Positions 50,176-60,254 of a stretch of DNA of 64,000 nt are shown here, in pieces. The number at the start of each line of letters is the position of its first letter. The first letter of the stretch is position 1. Source of the DNA: a virus; IMG/VR virus record IMGVR_UViG_3300009374_000001, positions 11,248 through 75,247 of that record, one strand, 5' to 3'. The position numbers were made by a program, and so were the translations under genes. The notes below the pieces were generated by a model. It ran no database searches, was not told where the DNA came from, and saw only the letters and a list, made by a program, of their open reading frames with translations.

Positions 50176-51515
50176 TGAATATATCACAAGATTTTGAAAA
50201 AGTATTTTATGCACTATCGTTAGAAAGACCTAAGTATTTAAATAAAATACAAGCAGGATTCTATGCGAGCAAAGAACTTGATATTATGTCAATGCTTGCT
50301 AAGAAATTTTATGAAAGATTTAAAGAGACTCCGTCTTCAAGTCAAATGAAGTTGCTTGTTCAAAATAGTAAGCAGGCAAAGAATAGAATTAAAGATAATA
50401 TCATTGACTTAGTATATAATGTTGAATTAAGTGAATATGACAATGAATGGCTAGAATCAACAGCAGAAGGTTGGATACGCTGGCGTAATTTTGATAGAAC
50501 GTTGATAGATACAGTTGAGTACATTAAGACTACTGAGATTACTCCAGAAACTGTAGAAAGCATTATTACTAAAGCAAAAATCTTAATTAATGATAGAAAT
50601 GCTATATCATTTACTTCTGATATCGGATTAGATTTTTTTAATTTTGACAATCATAATCAAAAGAGCGAAGAAAAAATTGCAAGTCATTATGACTTTGTTA
50701 ATCAAGCGCTTGGCGGTGGTTTTGATAAAAAGAGTCTTATTGTTTATGCAGGAGAGCAGAGCATTGGTAAGTCCATATTTCTTGCAAACGATGCAGGGAA
50801 TTTCATGAGAATGGGTCATAACGTTGCAGTTATAACTCTAGAGATGTCAGATCATAAATTCGTAAAGCGAATAGGTGCTAACGTGCTAGATATAACAATG
50901 GCAGAATATGATACAAAGTCAAAAAACAAAAAATATATGAAACGGCGTCTTGATAGAGTTACAGTAGGGTTAGTTCCTCCTGGAGAATTGTATATTAAAC
51001 AATTCCCTACTTCACAAGCTACAGTTAATGACCTTGAACTTCATCTTACAGAAATTGAAGAAAATAAAGGAATTAAATTATCCGTAATTGTTATAGATTA
51101 TATTAACATTCTTGCAAATTATCGAAATACAAATTCTGAAAATACTTATATGAAGATTAAACAAATTGCAGAAGATTTAAGAGCAATGGCTGTAAGAAAT
51201 GATTGGCTAATTATTACAGCAACGCAGATTAATAGATCTGGCTGGGACAGCTCAGAGATTTCAATGGGAGTTATTGCAGAATCAGCAGGCCTTGCTCACA
51301 CAGCAGACGCAGTATTTGGTATTATACAAAATGATGAAATGCATGCTGATAATACATACTGGTTAAAACTTTTAAAAGTCAGAGATGGTGAGGGAAAGGG
51401 TTTAAAATTCAAGCTAGATATAGATTATTCGCACATGAGAATAACTGAAACTACACAGACGAGTACCAGCAGTATATTCACAAAACAAATGACAGATGAT
51501 GAAAAAACGAGATAA
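50175..51515 (+). CDS. Replicative DnaB-like helicase, gp41
   Basis: GEQSIGKS, ITLEM, VIDYINI, TATQINRSG and IAESAGL. Confidence 0.92.
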   Translation: MNISQDFEKVFYALSLERPKYLNKIQAGFYASKELDIMSMLAKKFYERFKETPSSSQMKLLVQNSKQAKNRIKDNIIDLVYNVELSEYDNEWLESTAEGWIRWRNFDRTLIDTVEYIKTTEITPETVESIITKAKILINDRNAISFTSDIGLDFFNFDNHNQKSEEKIASHYDFVNQALGGGFDKKSLIVYAGEQSIGKSIFLANDAGNFMRMGHNVAVITLEMSDHKFVKRIGANVLDITMAEYDTKSKNKKYMKRRLDRVTVGLVPPGELYIKQFPTSQATVNDLELHLTEIEENKGIKLSVIVIDYINILANYRNTNSENTYMKIKQIAEDLRAMAVRNDWLIITATQINRSGWDSSEISMGVIAESAGLAHTADAVFGIIQNDEMHADNTYWLKLLKVRDGEGKGLKFKLDIDYSHMRITETTQTSTSSIFTKQMTDDEKTR

Positions 51516-51927
51516 AATATTTAATAATACATTCTGGGAAAAGAGCTTAGATACTTCAAAACCAATATTATTTACACTTAAGAGTGCATGTAACGCTGAA
51601 GAAGTTTCAAGATTAGAGAATCTTGAAATTGAAATTCATGAAATCGTTAAAGCTTTAAAAAATCCAATATACCTCAAAAAAGATGATAATAATAAATATG
51701 TTAAACTTAATAAAGAAGCAATTAATGAAATTTATGGGATAGCACTAGATAGTCTAAGTAATAATTATAAGAAAGTAGAATTATATGCTGGCGTTTCAAA
51801 TTATTTTAATATTACACATACGAAATTTTATAACTCATTGTCTAATAAGTATAAAGAAGATTTAATAGATGAATTAGATAAAAGCACTAACGCATTAAAA
51901 AGAATGGGGATACATAAGCTATTTTAA
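51496..51927 (+). CDS. Hypothetical protein; possible gp33-like late transcription co-activator
   Basis: C-terminal LSNKYKEDLIDEL...LKRMGIHKLF resembles gp33-family ends. Confidence 0.4.
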   Translation: MMKKRDKIFNNTFWEKSLDTSKPILFTLKSACNAEEVSRLENLEIEIHEIVKALKNPIYLKKDDNNKYVKLNKEAINEIYGIALDSLSNNYKKVELYAGVSNYFNITHTKFYNSLSNKYKEDLIDELDKSTNALKRMGIHKLF

Positions 51928-51929
51928 AT

Positions 51930-53003
51930 ATGAATAATTTTAAAAGAATATGGATGATTTCTGATACGCACTGGGGTGCAAGAGCAAATTCATCAATGTG
52001 GCAAGATACTATAGAGAACTATCATAGAAAAGTTTTTATACCATTACTTAAGAAAGAAGTTAAAAAGGGTGATGTTCTCGTACATGCTGGAGATATGTTT
52101 GATAATAGACAAACGCTTAATTTATTAGTTGGCAATGCTGCTCTTAGTGTCTATACAGAAATTGCAAAAATACTACCCATTTACATCATAGTAGGTAATC
52201 ATGACATTTACAGAAAAAAAACTAATGATATATCTAGCCTTGATTTTTTAAAGAATGTTGAAAATATACATGTACTAAAAGACGCAAAGGTTTTTGAATG
52301 GTCAGAAGAAAAAGTATTACTAATGCCGTGGCAAAGCGATAGAGAGTCAGAAATTAATACAATTACAGAACATAGTAGCGCAAGTATTGTCATTTGCCAT
52401 TCTGAAGTAGCAGGGGTGCAGTTAAATCATGGGATCAAAAGTTTTGATGGTGTACCTATTGCAAATTATAAGAAATTTAAGCAAGTATTCTCTGGGCATA
52501 TACATCATAGAGCTCTATATGATAATGTACAAATGCTAGGCTGCCCTTATCAAATTACACGCTCTGATACAAAGAACTCTAAAGGCGTGACATTATATGA
52601 TATTAAAAAAGATGAAATTGTCTTCTTTGAGAATAACTATAGCCCTAAGTTTTTGAAAATACCACTTGACAAGATACTTGATTTTAAGCTAGAAGAGTTA
52701 AAGAAAGTAGTATGTAATAATTATATAGACTTATACATACCATCGAAAATTGCAAGTAAATATAATATGTCATTATTGCTTCAAGAACTTCAAAATATTT
52801 CAAAAACAATAGACCCGATAATATATGATGAAAATGAAAATATAAATCTTAGCATATATCACATGAGTGATTTTAGTGGTAGTGCAATGGATATAGTGGA
52901 TCTTGCTAAAAAGCATATTGCTAGTACAACGTATGATGATAAATTAAAGAAAAGGATATTAGATACAGTTTTAGAATTATACAGTGACTGTCAGAAGATA
53001 TGA
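51930..53003 (+). CDS. Mre11/SbcD-like nuclease, gp47
   Basis: SDTHWG, GDMFDNR, GNHD and SGHIH. Confidence 0.92.
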   Translation: MNNFKRIWMISDTHWGARANSSMWQDTIENYHRKVFIPLLKKEVKKGDVLVHAGDMFDNRQTLNLLVGNAALSVYTEIAKILPIYIIVGNHDIYRKKTNDISSLDFLKNVENIHVLKDAKVFEWSEEKVLLMPWQSDRESEINTITEHSSASIVICHSEVAGVQLNHGIKSFDGVPIANYKKFKQVFSGHIHHRALYDNVQMLGCPYQITRSDTKNSKGVTLYDIKKDEIVFFENNYSPKFLKIPLDKILDFKLEELKKVVCNNYIDLYIPSKIASKYNMSLLLQELQNISKTIDPIIYDENENINLSIYHMSDFSGSAMDIVDLAKKHIASTTYDDKLKKRILDTVLELYSDCQKI

Positions 53004-54679
53004 AAATAAAATATATAGAGTTTAAGAATATTGCGAGCTATGGAAATAAGACGCAACGAATAGAATTTAAAGATGAAGCGACTGTATTAAATTTAGTAGT
53101 CGGTAAAAATGGAAGCGGCAAGAGCACCATTTCAAATGCAATAGTATTTGCGCTTTATGGGAAAGTCGATAACATGAAGTTAAATGATTTACCTAACAGA
53201 ATTAACAAAGGGTTAGAGACTAAAATTAGCTTACTGTGCGGGAACAGAGATGTAATTATTGAACGAAAACTACAACCTAAAGATCTTAAAGTAACAATTA
53301 ATGACATTGAAATTGATATAGCAGGTAAGACTAGTATTGAAGACTTTTTAGAAAAAGAAATATACAAAATACCGTATCAAGTATTCAAGAACGTTATTAT
53401 ATTATCAATTAACGATTTTAAATCTTTTCTTACAATGACGCCTACAGATAAACGTAGTGTAATTGACAAAATATTTGGTTTTAGCATTATTAACGATATG
53501 CAAATAAATATTAAAGAACGTAAAAAGATTACAAATGATGAACTTACTGTGGTTGAGGCAGAATTAAATGCAGTAACAGATTCAATTAATCATGTAAATT
53601 CTAAAATTAGCGATTTGCATGCGCTTGATTCTAAGAAGAATAAAAAGAAACTTAAAATTTTACAAGAAACTTTAATAGATTTAGAAGATAAACAAGAAAA
53701 ATTAAATGCTAACTTAGTTAAGTTTGCTGATAAATCTGTAGATATAATAGCAGCAAAAGACGATGAGCTTTCTGCGCATGCTATGAAAAATTCACGTTTG
53801 AATGAAGCTACTGCAAAGTTAAAACTTTATAAATCTTCGAAATGTCCCACATGTGAAAGCAGCTTAATAACAGAGTGGCATGATAATAATAAAGAAAAAT
53901 ATAAACAAATAGTAAAAGTAGTCCCTGAAGATTTAGTTAAAATCGAGGAAAAAGTTAATAAATTAGATATAGCACTAAACGGCATTAAGAGTAAAGAAAA
54001 AGAATCACATACGCGCGCTGGTAAGTTAAGTGCTAACATTTCAAATGTTAATAGGAATATTAATGAATTATCAAGTAGTTTAGAAATTAATACAAATGAC
54101 GAATATGAGAATCTTAATAGTTTAATTAAAGACTTTAAGAAAAAAGAGAGTATTAAGATGACAAAAAATAATGAACTTGTAGATGAAAGACATTTCATTG
54201 ATGTTTTAGATCTAGTAATAGGGGACGAGGGAATAAAGGGTATGGCGATTCAAAGCGTGTTGCCAATTTTAAATAATACTATAACTGCAATGTTAAAGAA
54301 AATGCATTTGAATTTCTCAATTAAATTTGATGAAAGCTTTAAAGTGAATGCAACGCATTTAGGAGAAGAAATACATATAGGGTCGCTATCTACTGGCGAA
54401 AGAAAGAAAGTTGATTTTGTTGTAGTAATTGCAATCATAAAGATTTTAAAAATGAGATTTCCACAATTAAATATTTTATTCTTAGATGAAATATTTAGTT
54501 CTGTTGACGCAGACGGAATATATAATATATTAACAATATTAAATAAAGTTATTAAAGAAAATGGCATTAATACATTTGTAATTAATCACACAGTATTACC
54601 ACATGAAATATTTGATAATAAAATTGAAATATATAAAGAAAACGGGTTTAGTAAAATGAATATCGAAAAAATAGAATAA
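53000..54679 (+). CDS. Rad50/SbcC-like ATPase, gp46
   Basis: GKNGSGKST, CPTC hook, LSTGE and LFLDE. Confidence 0.92.
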   Translation: MKIKYIEFKNIASYGNKTQRIEFKDEATVLNLVVGKNGSGKSTISNAIVFALYGKVDNMKLNDLPNRINKGLETKISLLCGNRDVIIERKLQPKDLKVTINDIEIDIAGKTSIEDFLEKEIYKIPYQVFKNVIILSINDFKSFLTMTPTDKRSVIDKIFGFSIINDMQINIKERKKITNDELTVVEAELNAVTDSINHVNSKISDLHALDSKKNKKKLKILQETLIDLEDKQEKLNANLVKFADKSVDIIAAKDDELSAHAMKNSRLNEATAKLKLYKSSKCPTCESSLITEWHDNNKEKYKQIVKVVPEDLVKIEEKVNKLDIALNGIKSKEKESHTRAGKLSANISNVNRNINELSSSLEINTNDEYENLNSLIKDFKKKESIKMTKNNELVDERHFIDVLDLVIGDEGIKGMAIQSVLPILNNTITAMLKKMHLNFSIKFDESFKVNATHLGEEIHIGSLSTGERKKVDFVVVIAIIKILKMRFPQLNILFLDEIFSSVDADGIYNILTILNKVIKENGINTFVINHTVLPHEIFDNKIEIYKENGFSKMNIEKIE

Positions 54680-55735
54680 ATGAGTTCATATAATTTAAAA
54701 TTTAACAAAGATGATAGCGTAATTCGCCATATTATTATAGGTCTTTTAGCAGACTTAAATAAAAAAGTCTGGTATTGGACTCAAATTAGTAATGATGAAA
54801 GAGTTAGAGTTGATGTACCCTTTTATTATACAATAAGTGGAGATGATAATTTTATGCATGACCACTTTATTTTTTCAGATGATGAATACATTAATAATTT
54901 CGGAGATAAACATCAAAGTAAAGCTATTGGGAATTATGATAAAATTCCAAGAGGTGTTGTTCAACTGTCTTCTATGACAATTGATTCTAGCTCATTAGTA
55001 AATAAAGGAATTAGAGGGAAATATGAAAAGCTAGACGAGAACAATATATTGAAGACGTTTACGAGCGAGTTTGAAATGATTCCAGTTGAAATGTTATTCG
55101 ATTGTACATTATTATTAGATAGTCAATTAAATATCTTTAAGATCACAGAATCTTTAATTAAGAACTTATATAAGAATAATACATACAGTGTAGATGTTGG
55201 TCATTTAGATGAAGGGACATATCGTATTGCAAATTATTATAAATTACCAGAAGATTACACACAAGAAAGACCTATAGAATATTCATTTTCAGATAAAAAA
55301 GAATATAAAGTTGAATTTTCAGTAGAGCTTAGCTCTTCAATTCCAAGCTTTAAATTTGAAACTGAAATGTTTGCAGGAACTAGAATGGTTCAAATTCAAA
55401 CGCATTCTAAAATAAGTAATAATCTTAATTCTAGTGGATTTTTTCCATCACTATCACAAATACAAAATTACAATTTTGAGAATCTTTTAGTTTCTACAGA
55501 TGATGGCGATGTTGTAACTGAAACTTCTCTTAAAGGATTATCGCAATATTATTCTTATATAAGTAATGAAGATTTAATTGGGATTATTAATGCAGAAGGT
55601 GTTTTATCTAATCGTTCAAATTATAATGGAGTATTTGCTGGATTTGTGTTTAAAAATACGTCAACTAGCGAGATATATATAAAAAGAACATCTGACTATG
55701 GTGACTGGTTTGGTCCATTGCAGTATTTAGAATAA
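54680..55735 (+). CDS. Tail terminator/sheath stabiliser, gp15-like, with C-terminal extension
   Basis: VDVPFYY, IPRG, IPVEMLF and FKITESL pattern. Confidence 0.6.
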   Translation: MSSYNLKFNKDDSVIRHIIIGLLADLNKKVWYWTQISNDERVRVDVPFYYTISGDDNFMHDHFIFSDDEYINNFGDKHQSKAIGNYDKIPRGVVQLSSMTIDSSSLVNKGIRGKYEKLDENNILKTFTSEFEMIPVEMLFDCTLLLDSQLNIFKITESLIKNLYKNNTYSVDVGHLDEGTYRIANYYKLPEDYTQERPIEYSFSDKKEYKVEFSVELSSSIPSFKFETEMFAGTRMVQIQTHSKISNNLNSSGFFPSLSQIQNYNFENLLVSTDDGDVVTETSLKGLSQYYSYISNEDLIGIINAEGVLSNRSNYNGVFAGFVFKNTSTSEIYIKRTSDYGDWFGPLQYLE

Positions 55736-55748
55736 ATTTAAATTAAAT

Positions 55749-56750
55749 ATGAAAGCATACAATTTTCTAAAAGAGTCTATTTCTACCCCTCTTTATAAAA
55801 AAGACAACACAAAGGTATATTCTCCAATTTTAGTAGAGAACGATAGAATATTATTTTATCTTGACAAAGTAGTATATGAAGTAAAAAATAGTATAGTTAA
55901 ACCTATTCGTGAAAAGGATGTACCTTTAAGTTTTACTGTATTAACTAATGTATCAGACTCATTTAAATTTTCTGAGAATAGCATGGAATTTTTTGGAAAA
56001 GCAAGAATACTAATTAATTTAGATGAACATGATAGCGTAATGATAAATGACTATTTATTAGTTGAAGGAGAAATAAGAGATTACTTACTGAAGATAGGTC
56101 TATATAGTTATGGTGATCCAGAAATTACATTAATTGAAAACGCATTTAAGAATGTTAGGCAGTTTGTTATGCTAGACTTTGTCACAACAGCTATACATGA
56201 AAATACCAAAATTAATTTCATGAGATTCAAGAATAACATTTATTTTAATGAAATAAACTTAGTTACTTTTACGAACAGATTTGAAAAAATTAATAATGCT
56301 AGTAATTTCGTTAATGAGATGAAAGATTTAGTAAACTATGATTTTTCAAATCAAGTTATTGACTTACTTGAAGGAGAAGAGCTCGCTAAAGCACAACTCC
56401 AAAAAATTGAAGATAACTTAATTGATAAACTTGCATTCTTAAAGGAGCAGAGAAGTAAACTTGCCGAAGAAGATAAATCAATAATATTTATTAAAGAAGC
56501 AGATAAATTATTAGTGGATGAAATTACAAAGATTGAAGAAGAAATAAGAAAAACTAGATCTGACGGATTTGTTCCTGGAAGATTGAACGATGATTTTGGT
56601 GATTATAAAGAAGGAACAAATTTTCGATTAGAGGCAATAGACTATACGAGTAAAGGCAATGATGATTTAATTGATTGCTATCTTACAGATGATACTCCTA
56701 TTTTAATTCCTAAATCTTTAATAAAATTAGACGCAATAGAAACAATTTAA
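55749..56750 (+). CDS. Hypothetical protein with CTS-like start and coiled coil
   Basis: MKAYNFLKE; C-terminal coiled coil. Confidence 0.5.
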   Translation: MKAYNFLKESISTPLYKKDNTKVYSPILVENDRILFYLDKVVYEVKNSIVKPIREKDVPLSFTVLTNVSDSFKFSENSMEFFGKARILINLDEHDSVMINDYLLVEGEIRDYLLKIGLYSYGDPEITLIENAFKNVRQFVMLDFVTTAIHENTKINFMRFKNNIYFNEINLVTFTNRFEKINNASNFVNEMKDLVNYDFSNQVIDLLEGEELAKAQLQKIEDNLIDKLAFLKEQRSKLAEEDKSIIFIKEADKLLVDEITKIEEEIRKTRSDGFVPGRLNDDFGDYKEGTNFRLEAIDYTSKGNDDLIDCYLTDDTPILIPKSLIKLDAIETI

Positions 56751-56779
56751 AAAAACAATATATTAGCAGTATAAGTTGT

Positions 56780-56808
56780 ATAAACATTTTACATATTTCT
56801 TATATAAT
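56780..56808 (+). promoter_or_regulatory. Candidate early/middle promoter ATAAAC-N17-TATAAT
   Basis: Precedes the gp55-like sigma gene. Confidence 0.55.
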
Positions 56809-56822
56809 AAAATAAAATATAT

Positions 56823-57194
56823 ATGCCAAGAAAGCGCGGTAAGTACTTTGTAGACAATAAAGAGCTATATAGACAGATAAAAATTTCAAAAGAGCAAGAT
56901 GAACTAACTAAAGAAGCATTAGATATGCTTATGTTAATTGCTCAGCGCGCTATTACACGTTTAACATTTGTTAGACCTGATGATAAAGAAGATTGTTTAG
57001 CATCTGCTTATATGGACTTAATTAAATATTGGAGAAATTTTAATCTTGATTATACAAACCCATTTGCATATTACACAGAAATTGCTAAGCGGGGTTATGC
57101 AAAAGCATGGAATAAGCTTTATCCTAAAAAATATAAAGGGACAATAAGCTTAGATTCTGGATTTGATGATGACGGAGGTATTTATTCCATTTAA
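56823..57194 (+). CDS. Late-transcription sigma factor, gp55-like
   Basis: YFVDNKEL and NPFAYYTEI. Confidence 0.85.
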   Translation: MPRKRGKYFVDNKELYRQIKISKEQDELTKEALDMLMLIAQRAITRLTFVRPDDKEDCLASAYMDLIKYWRNFNLDYTNPFAYYTEIAKRGYAKAWNKLYPKKYKGTISLDSGFDDDGGIYSI

Positions 57195-57195
57195 C

Positions 57196-57669
57196 ATGGG
57201 TATAAAAGATGTAAAACCTTCTAAAGGCAGGCCATATAACCAGGGCTATTACCGACTAATAAACGAGTCTAAGTATGTTGGTGAGCACCCAATCATCTAC
57301 AGAAGTAGCTGGGAAAGGAAATTTTGCATTTATTGTGATAAAAAAGCTGAAATAATTAAATGGAGTTCTGAGCCATTAGGCATAAAATACATAAATCCTC
57401 TTTCTAATAAAGAAAGCATATATTACCCAGATTTTTACATGGAAGTTTTACAAAAAGATAATACAGTAAAGAAATTTTTAGTAGAGATTAAGCCAAAGTC
57501 TCATTTACAGAAGCCAAAGAAACCTAAATTAAATAGAACAAGCTCAATAAAAAGTTTTAAGTATTTAGCAAACGAGTATATGAAAAACGTGGTTAAGATA
57601 AAAGCAGGAAAAGAATATGCAAAGTCTAAGGGTTGGGATTTTATTGTTATTACAGAGGATAGTATATGA
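57196..57669 (+). CDS. Head completion nuclease, gp4-like (TnsA fold)
   Basis: YRSSWE, WSSE, YYPDF, VEIKP and FIVITE; start taken at ATG 57196. Confidence 0.88.
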   Translation: MGIKDVKPSKGRPYNQGYYRLINESKYVGEHPIIYRSSWERKFCIYCDKKAEIIKWSSEPLGIKYINPLSNKESIYYPDFYMEVLQKDNTVKKFLVEIKPKSHLQKPKKPKLNRTSSIKSFKYLANEYMKNVVKIKAGKEYAKSKGWDFIVITEDSI

Positions 57670-58253
57670 CATCTTTTTTAACTAAAGTAAATAATATGAT
57701 TAAGGAGAATCATGGAAAAGCTAAAGCAGCAAATGTTGCAAAGACATGGTTTAACAAGGGTAGGTCTATAGGAATTAAACATGCTCCAACGAGATTTAAA
57801 CCAGGGAAGATTTATATATTTAGGTATGAAGACCCAAAGACGCCTAATTTACCCTGGTGGGATAGAAACCCTATAGTTTTGAGTTTAGGCTGGGAAAAGA
57901 AAAATGATATAGGAATCAACCTTAATCTTTTACCACACAAGCCAAGAATGGCTATTTTGGACAAGGTATATAGTGTATATGAACAAGAGATTAAGAGAGC
58001 AATGAATGTTAAAAAAGGAAGAGATCGTACATTAAGAGAAAAACCACTTAATCTTAATTATGATAAAATTAAGCCATACTTAGAAAGATATGGTTTTAAG
58101 TTTGCAGTTAGACAATATATTCCTAATTTAAAATCAAATCAAGCTTTAGTATCTTATGATAAGTGGACTTATGTTGCAATGCTTGATTTAGTAGATATTG
58201 CGGGAGCAGATATTAACGAAGTGTATGATGAATTCTACAACTATACAAAATAA
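57666..58253 (+). CDS. DNA end protector, gp2-like
   Basis: PGKIYIFRYEDPKT..LPWWDRNP and GINLNLLP. Confidence 0.8.
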   Translation: MTSFLTKVNNMIKENHGKAKAANVAKTWFNKGRSIGIKHAPTRFKPGKIYIFRYEDPKTPNLPWWDRNPIVLSLGWEKKNDIGINLNLLPHKPRMAILDKVYSVYEQEIKRAMNVKKGRDRTLREKPLNLNYDKIKPYLERYGFKFAVRQYIPNLKSNQALVSYDKWTYVAMLDLVDIAGADINEVYDEFYNYTK

Positions 58254-58258
58254 TTATT

Positions 58259-58270
58259 GATATATAATAA
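58259..58270 (+). promoter_or_regulatory. Candidate late promoter
   Basis: GATATATAATAA before the leader-bearing ORF and portal. Confidence 0.5.
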
Positions 58271-58287
58271 AACAATGAATATTAAAA

Positions 58288-58572
58288 ATGAAACTAACTA
58301 AAACACAGCTGAAGCAAATCATAAGAGAAGAAATCTTAAGTTTGCACGAAGAAGTTACACCAGATAAACTTGAAACTTTTAGAGATGTAGATAAAGATAC
58401 AATTTATATTATACCAAAAGTTAAATTTACTGGAAATATTAAGAAAGATATAGAAGCTACTCTTGAAATTACAGGAGAGTTTTTATATGCAGATTTAGGC
58501 ACAGACGAGGGGATAACTGATAAAAAGAAAAAGATTGTGTATTGGGGATCTGATGTACAAGACAATTTATAG
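58288..58572 (+). CDS. Small hypothetical protein with helical leader
   Basis: MKLTKTQLKQIIREEILSLHE. Confidence 0.6.
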   Translation: MKLTKTQLKQIIREEILSLHEEVTPDKLETFRDVDKDTIYIIPKVKFTGNIKKDIEATLEITGEFLYADLGTDEGITDKKKKIVYWGSDVQDNL

Positions 58573-58593
58573 ATTAATTATAAGGAGTATAAC

Positions 58594-60186
58594 GTGGCAG
58601 GTTTTTTAGATAGATTTGGGCCATTTTCAAATACAGCGTTTAAGGCAAGTGATGCTTTAAAGACTTTATCAAACATGGGCATGCGCTATGACGACATGGT
58701 ATTAAGACAGTCTCAAGCAATTGGCGTTATGGAAGATAAATATGGCTTTCATGGCACTAGCAATCTTTTTGGTTCTATGGGCCAGGGTGCAATGCAAGAT
58801 GATTTTTGGTACCCATTTGCAGCAATGTCAATGACTGATGTTTCAATGCGTAAGAACATTAGCTTCTTTGACATGGATTATAAGCAAAGACGAAATGAAT
58901 TAAGGCAGTTTTCAACAAATGACGAAGTAGAAGATATACTTGATACTATGTGTGATGAAGCAATAGTTTATGATGATAGAAACTTTTTTGCAAGTCCAAA
59001 TTTTGGCTCAAGTGACGTTTCAGATGAAGTTAGAAAAGATATTAACAAGTCATTTAATAACATTTATCAATACTTTGGTTTTAATCAAGATCAATCTGCT
59101 TGGACGTTTTTTAGAAAGTGGTTAATTGATGGCTATTTAGCATTTGAAATTATTTATGATGAAGATCAAAAAGAAATTATTGGGTTTAAAGAACTCGATC
59201 CTGCAACACTTATCCCAGGAGTAGATCCTGAAACAAATAAGAAGGTTTGGATTCAAAACAAAGATGAACACCAAAAAGAGCGCAAGCTTTATGATTCTCA
59301 GATTATTTATTTATCATATAGTTCTATTTCATTACAGTCGCGCTCTAGTTATGTTGAGCGGCTGGTAAGATCATTTAATCTTTTACGTATTATGGAACAT
59401 ACAAGAATTATATGGGCAGTTACAAATGCTTCATATAAAATGAAATTTGTTATACCAGTAGGCGGCAAATCAAAGACAAGAGCAAAGCAATCTCTTGCTG
59501 CATTGATGAATAATTATAGAGAAGTAGTTGACTTTGATTATGAATCAGGTAAAATGGAAGTTAATGGTAAACCTATGATGCAATTTAATAAAGAGTATTG
59601 GTTACCAAGTAAAGAAGGTGAAAGACCAGAGATTGAAACACTTGCAGATGAAGGGCCAGATCTTTCAGATACAGAAGCATTAACTTACTTTTCAGATAAG
59701 CTTAAACTCGCAAGTAAGATACCATTCACTAGATTTGAGTATGGGGAAGGTCGCGGGGATTTTGAAATGTCAGGAGATAGCTTAATTAGAGAAGAAATTA
59801 AGTTTAGTAAGTTTATTAATAGACTAAGAAGTTCATTCCAAGAAATACTAATAAAACCATTATATATTCAAGTGGTACTAAAATACCCAGAACTTAAAGA
59901 TGATATGAATTTTAGAGCTAATTTAAGTTTATCATATAATCAAGAAAACATGTTCGCAGAGTTAAAAGAAATTGAAATTATGACAAGACGCTTAGACTTT
60001 ATTTCTTCAATGAAAAATGATCTAACATTTGAAGATGCAGATATGAATGAAATACCATATTTTGATTTAAATTTCTTAATAGAAAGATATTTGAAAATGT
60101 CTCCAGATGATTTAGAAAAGAATAAAGGTTATAAAGAAAAACTTGATAAAGAGGATGATGAAGAGGATTTGAGCGATTTAATCTAG
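58594..60186 (+). CDS. Portal protein, gp20-like
   Basis: FRKWLIDG, YWLP...EIETL, IREEIKFSKFINRLR and FAELKEIE. Confidence 0.92.
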   Translation: MAGFLDRFGPFSNTAFKASDALKTLSNMGMRYDDMVLRQSQAIGVMEDKYGFHGTSNLFGSMGQGAMQDDFWYPFAAMSMTDVSMRKNISFFDMDYKQRRNELRQFSTNDEVEDILDTMCDEAIVYDDRNFFASPNFGSSDVSDEVRKDINKSFNNIYQYFGFNQDQSAWTFFRKWLIDGYLAFEIIYDEDQKEIIGFKELDPATLIPGVDPETNKKVWIQNKDEHQKERKLYDSQIIYLSYSSISLQSRSSYVERLVRSFNLLRIMEHTRIIWAVTNASYKMKFVIPVGGKSKTRAKQSLAALMNNYREVVDFDYESGKMEVNGKPMMQFNKEYWLPSKEGERPEIETLADEGPDLSDTEALTYFSDKLKLASKIPFTRFEYGEGRGDFEMSGDSLIREEIKFSKFINRLRSSFQEILIKPLYIQVVLKYPELKDDMNFRANLSLSYNQENMFAELKEIEIMTRRLDFISSMKNDLTFEDADMNEIPYFDLNFLIERYLKMSPDDLEKNKGYKEKLDKEDDEEDLSDLI

Positions 60187-60214
60187 TTTTTTAAATTTTT
60201 TAACTTAATTCCCT

Positions 60215-60226
60215 AATATATAATAA
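60215..60226 (+). promoter_or_regulatory. Candidate late promoter
   Basis: AATATATAATAA before the protease-capsid operon. Confidence 0.5.
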
Positions 60227-60254
60227 AACAAATAAAACTATACAAATATACAAG

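Noticed and set aside
57163-57669. TnsA-like protein as a transposon gene
   Set aside because: The context (gp55, gp2, portal) identifies it as the gp4 head-completion nuclease; no other transposition genes or ends are present.
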